Positions 60,259 through 64,000 of a stretch of DNA of 64,000 bases are shown piece after piece. The DNA lies in assembly GCF_963921235.1 (NCBI RefSeq), contig NC_086108.1, forward strand, positions 113,214,001-113,278,000, given 5' to 3'. Within the stretch, counting starts at the first letter, position 1. Every line of letters begins with the position of its first letter. A program made the translations under genes and the position numbers. Source of the DNA: Mobula hypostoma (Eukaryota). Under the pieces are notes generated by a model, which made no database searches, was not told the DNA's origin, and was given only the letters and a program-made list of their open reading frames with translations.

Positions 60259-60539
60259 CCTTATGGTCTAGAGGAAGGATTTTGATCCAAAATATTGTCT
60301 GTCCGTGTCCCTCTAAGAACCACTGAGTTCCTCCTGGCTTCTTGTCCTTTGTACCATCTCTTTCTCATAGATTCATAGAGACATACTACAGGGAAACAGG
60401 CCCTTCAGCCCATTGTACTCATGCCGACCAAGGTGCCCATATCAGCCAGACCCATTTGGCAATATCGCTCTAAACCTTCCTATCCATGTACCAGTCCAAG
60501 TGTCCTTTACGTGTTCTTACTGCACCCGCCTCATTTTCA

Positions 60540-60872
60540 ATCATCATCACCATCACGTGGCCGATCGTGGTCTTTGACCACGATTGTCATTGGCAAGTTT
60601 TTCAACAGAAGTGCTTTGCCATTGTCTTCTTCTGGCCAGTGTCTTTACAAGATGGGTGACCCTAACCATTATCAATACTCTTCAGAGATTGTCTGCCTGG
60701 CGTCAGTGGTTGCATAACCAGGACCTGTGATATGTGCCGACTGATCATATGACCATCGCCACCTGCTCCCATGACCCTTCATGTGACCCTGATCTGGTGG
60801 CTAAGCAGGTGCTATGCCTTGCCCATGGGTGACCTGCAGGCTAGCGGAGGGAAGGAGCATTTTACATCTCCA
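60540..60872 (-). mobile_element. RTE-associated SINE
   Basis: Reverse complement ends gacaatggcaaagcacttctgttgaaaaacttgccaa...(gat)n, a BovB/RTE-like 3' end. Confidence 0.6.
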
Positions 60873-61489
60873 CTCCACCACCCACTCACTTACTATATAA
60901 GACATTTCTGAGCCATACTTGAAGTATTGTGTACAGTTTTGATTGCCCTGTTATAGGAAAAATGTTATTAAACTAGAAAGAGTGCAGAAAAGATTTCCCA
61001 GGATGAGTTACATGAGCTTTGGGAACAGCTTCTTTCCAACTGTGATAAGACTGCTGAACGGATCCTGACCCAGATCTGGGCCGTACCCTCCAAATATCTG
61101 GACCTGCCTCTCGGTTTTTTTGCACTACCTTACTTTCCATTTTCTATTTTCTATTTATGATTTATAATTTAAATTTTTAATATTTACTATCGATTTGTAC
61201 TCCAGGGAGCTGTGATGATTGTACATTCTAGTATCAATTGTTTGGCGACAATAAAGTATAAAGTATAAAGTACAAGGAGACATTGTGCAGAATAGGAATT
61301 TATTCTTCCCTGGATCATAGGAAATTGAGGGATGACCTGACAAAGGTATGCAGAGGGGCACACAGACAGGGAGAAAGCACAGTCTTTTTCCCAGGGAGGG
61401 AGTGTGCTTAAAACAGGAAGGCATAGGTTTAAGATCAGAGATGAGAGTTTTAAAAGGGACGCCAGGGGCAACTTCTCCATGCATGTGTG

Positions 61490-61790
61490 GCTCAGTTAGC
61501 GCAATGATTTACAGTGCCAGAGATCACTGATCGGGTTTCAATTCACACCACTGTCTGTCAGGAGTTCGTACGTTCTGCCCATGACTGAGTGCTCAGGTTT
61601 CCTCCCACATTCCAAAGACTTACGGGTTAGGGTTACCAGGTTGTGGACATGCTATGTTGGCATTGAAGGTGTGGCAGCACCTGCCTGTCTCCAGCGCAAT
61701 CCTCGGACGGTATTGGCCACAGACACAAACATCACGTTTCACCGTTTCGATGCACATGTGATAAATAAAGCAAGTCTTTCTTTATCTTCA
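61490..61790 (+). mobile_element. V-SINE, same subfamily type as the array-bearing SINE
   Basis: ctgtctgtcaggagttcgtacgttctgcccatgac...ggtttcctcccacattccaaagac. Confidence 0.7.
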
Positions 61791-62049
61791 AAGGGCAGTG
61801 TGTATTTGGAATGAGCTGCCAGAAATAGTGGTTGAGATGGGCACCTTAGCAACACTTCAAAGCCACCCAAATAGGTAGATGGGTAGGAGAGGTTCCGAGG
61901 GCTGTCGGCCAAATGTGGGCAGATAGGACTAGCTGACTGGGCAACACAGATGGCACGGATGAGCTAGGCATAACTCAGGGCATCACACTTTACAAGGACT
62001 AGGATGTCATTAAACCAGGGAGGGTGCAAAAGAGATTTAGGAGGATGCT

Positions 62050-62430
62050 ATGGGCCTGCACCTCCAAGAGCACCACAGCCTTGTCGCAGTTTGGAATCTT
62101 GCGTGCCTCAGTGACCCGGAGAGCTATGCTGACTGGAGTCAGGGCTTTATCCTTCGGCTCTTGGTAGGGTCACCCATGCCAAACAGGGCAAATGGTGGAG
62201 GCCAGACTAAGAGTGGTCCACAAATCCTCCAGATTCGGGGGTTCAGTTCAGGGCTAACAACCCCGAGTGGTCAAACAAAACTGTTACAGAAAGAGCAATG
62301 TTACGGAATCTACATCTGTGTGTGACAGTATTCCTGAGTCTCCACCCGGGACCTGCATGGCTGCCAGGGACAGACAGGGATGGAGGACCGTCATTGCTGC
62401 AGCGAAACGAGCAGCGAGTAAGTAAGGACG
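62050..62430 (+). mobile_element. RTE-clade bipartite element (5' UTR plus short 3' end)
   Basis: cttgcgtgcctcagtgacccggagagctatgctg...tagggtcacccatgcc...ccagactaagag; ends gagtaagtaag. Confidence 0.6.
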
Positions 62431-63487
62431 GGACTGGAGGGCTCGGGTTGTAGGGAGGGGCTGGGCAGAAACATCTCTGAGGATCTACCCTGGGCCCAGC
62501 ACATTGCTGCAATTACAAGGAAGGCACGCCAGCATCTGACCGGCTGCATCACTGTCTGGTATGGATGCCCCAAAGCACAGGATCAGGAAAAACTGCAGAA
62601 AGTTGCAAACTCAGCCAGCTCCTTCATGGCCACTAGCCTCCCCAGCATCGGGGACAACTTCAAAGGGTGTTGCCTCAAGAAGGCAGCAGCCATCATGAAG
62701 GACTCCCACATCCCAGGACATGCCCTCGTCTCATTGCTACCATCAGGGAGGAGGTCCGGGAGAAGACACGCACTCAGTGATTCCACAGATTCTTCCCCTT
62801 TGCCGTCCGACTTCTGAATGCACATCGAACCCATAAACACTACCTTGCTTCTTTTCTGCTCTCTCCTCGTGTTACTTATTCATTTTTTATATTTCTTATT
62901 GTAACTTTTTGTCATTTTTGATGAATTAAATCGTACTGCTGCTGCAAAACAAATTTCACAACCTACATCAGCAATAACAAACCTGATTTTGACCTTTTGC
63001 CTCTGGAGGGTAGGAGGCTAAGACATGACCTCAGAGATTTATAAGATCATGGGGAACATAGATAAGGGTTTCAGACTTCTTCTGAGAGATGGGGAGCCTG
63101 AAATTAGAGGGCATAGTTTCAAAGTGAAAGGGGAGGGATTTAAAAATGATTTGAGAGGAAACATTTTAACATCTCTGAGGATCTATCCTGGGCCAAACAT
63201 ACAGATGCAATCACGAAGAAGGCGAGCCAGAGGCTACACTTCATTCGGACCCATAAACACTATCTCACAGTTTTTGCTTTTTCTTTGCACTACTTCTTTA
63301 TATATATATTTCTTCAAGTAGTTTGTAGTATATTTTATGGACTGCCACAAAACAACAAATTTCAGGACATGTGTTAGTGATAATAAACCTGATTCTGATT
63401 CACACAGAAAGTGGTGGATTTATGGAACGAGGAGCCAAAGGGTAGGCACAATTAGAGCATTTAAAATTCATTTGGAAATACTCACCG

Positions 63488-63620
63488 ATAGGAAAGGTTC
63501 AGGGGTATATGAGGGTTCGGAGGTTTATGAATAGGAGGGTTACTGAGGTATACGAAGGTTCGGAGGTTCATGGATAGGAGCGTTTCAGAGGTATATGGAG
63601 GTTCAGAGGTTCAGAGGTAC
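63488..63620. repeat. 43-bp degenerate tandem repeat (about 3 copies) within a CR1 3' fragment
   Basis: atagga recurs at 63488, 63531 and 63574. Confidence 0.75.
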
Positions 63621-64000
63621 ACAGACAGGAAAAGTTCACAGATATATGGACCAAACACAGGAGCTGCTTAAAAAGAAAAATTGTTTGACATGGACGAGAT
63701 GAGCTGAAGGCCTGCTTATGTGCACGAATGATCTATGGTGCACATAACAACCCTCTGACTATTGGTAGTGCAGACTTACCAAAAAGAAACTTGGATTATG
63801 AGGGTTAGATTACAAGGGGAGATTGTGCAGATTCATTGTATAAATCACTGGCGAAGCCTAATTTGGAGTATTGTGTGCAGTTTTGGTCACCTACCTACAG
63901 GAAAGAAATTCAATAAAAAATAAATTATAAAAAAAAAAGAAAAAAGAAAGAGAACGCAGAAAGTTTACAAGGAGGTTGCTGGCAAACATGCAGTCTCTCA

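Overview
Vertebrate genomic DNA, most likely from a cartilaginous fish such as a ray. This is inferred from HE1/V-SINE-type SINEs and the mix of CR1, Rex1-Babar, Penelope and L1 repeats. The only well-supported host gene is a clade C fibrillar collagen on the minus strand, best matching COL24A1. Nine consecutive phase-0 GT-AG exons of 45 or 54 bp (459 nt, 153 aa) lie between 59587 and 9712, covering the minor helix, its interruption and the start of the major helix. Both gene ends are outside the window. The introns are mostly nested transposon relics: CR1 LINEs (one near full length with an esterase ORF1), Rex1/Babar, L1, RTE derivatives, Penelope-like elements, V-SINEs, a Harbinger-type MITE and a Tc1 relic, plus several minisatellites. 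Highlights: (1) 11 copies of a minimal hammerhead-ribozyme motif in Penelope pseudo-LTRs, each damaged, often at CpG sites; (2) a TSD-flanked L1 that keeps its 5' end and ORF1 but lacks almost all of ORF2 (HAL1-like); (3) a 4.3-kb higher-order satellite grown inside one V-SINE; (4) a covarying stem shared by two RTE-type 5' ends; (5) several templated junction scars. The long ORFs in the ORF track (e.g. 1488 aa) are repeat artefacts. Family assignments come from motif recognition, not database searches, and repeat boundaries are approximate unless a TSD is quoted.
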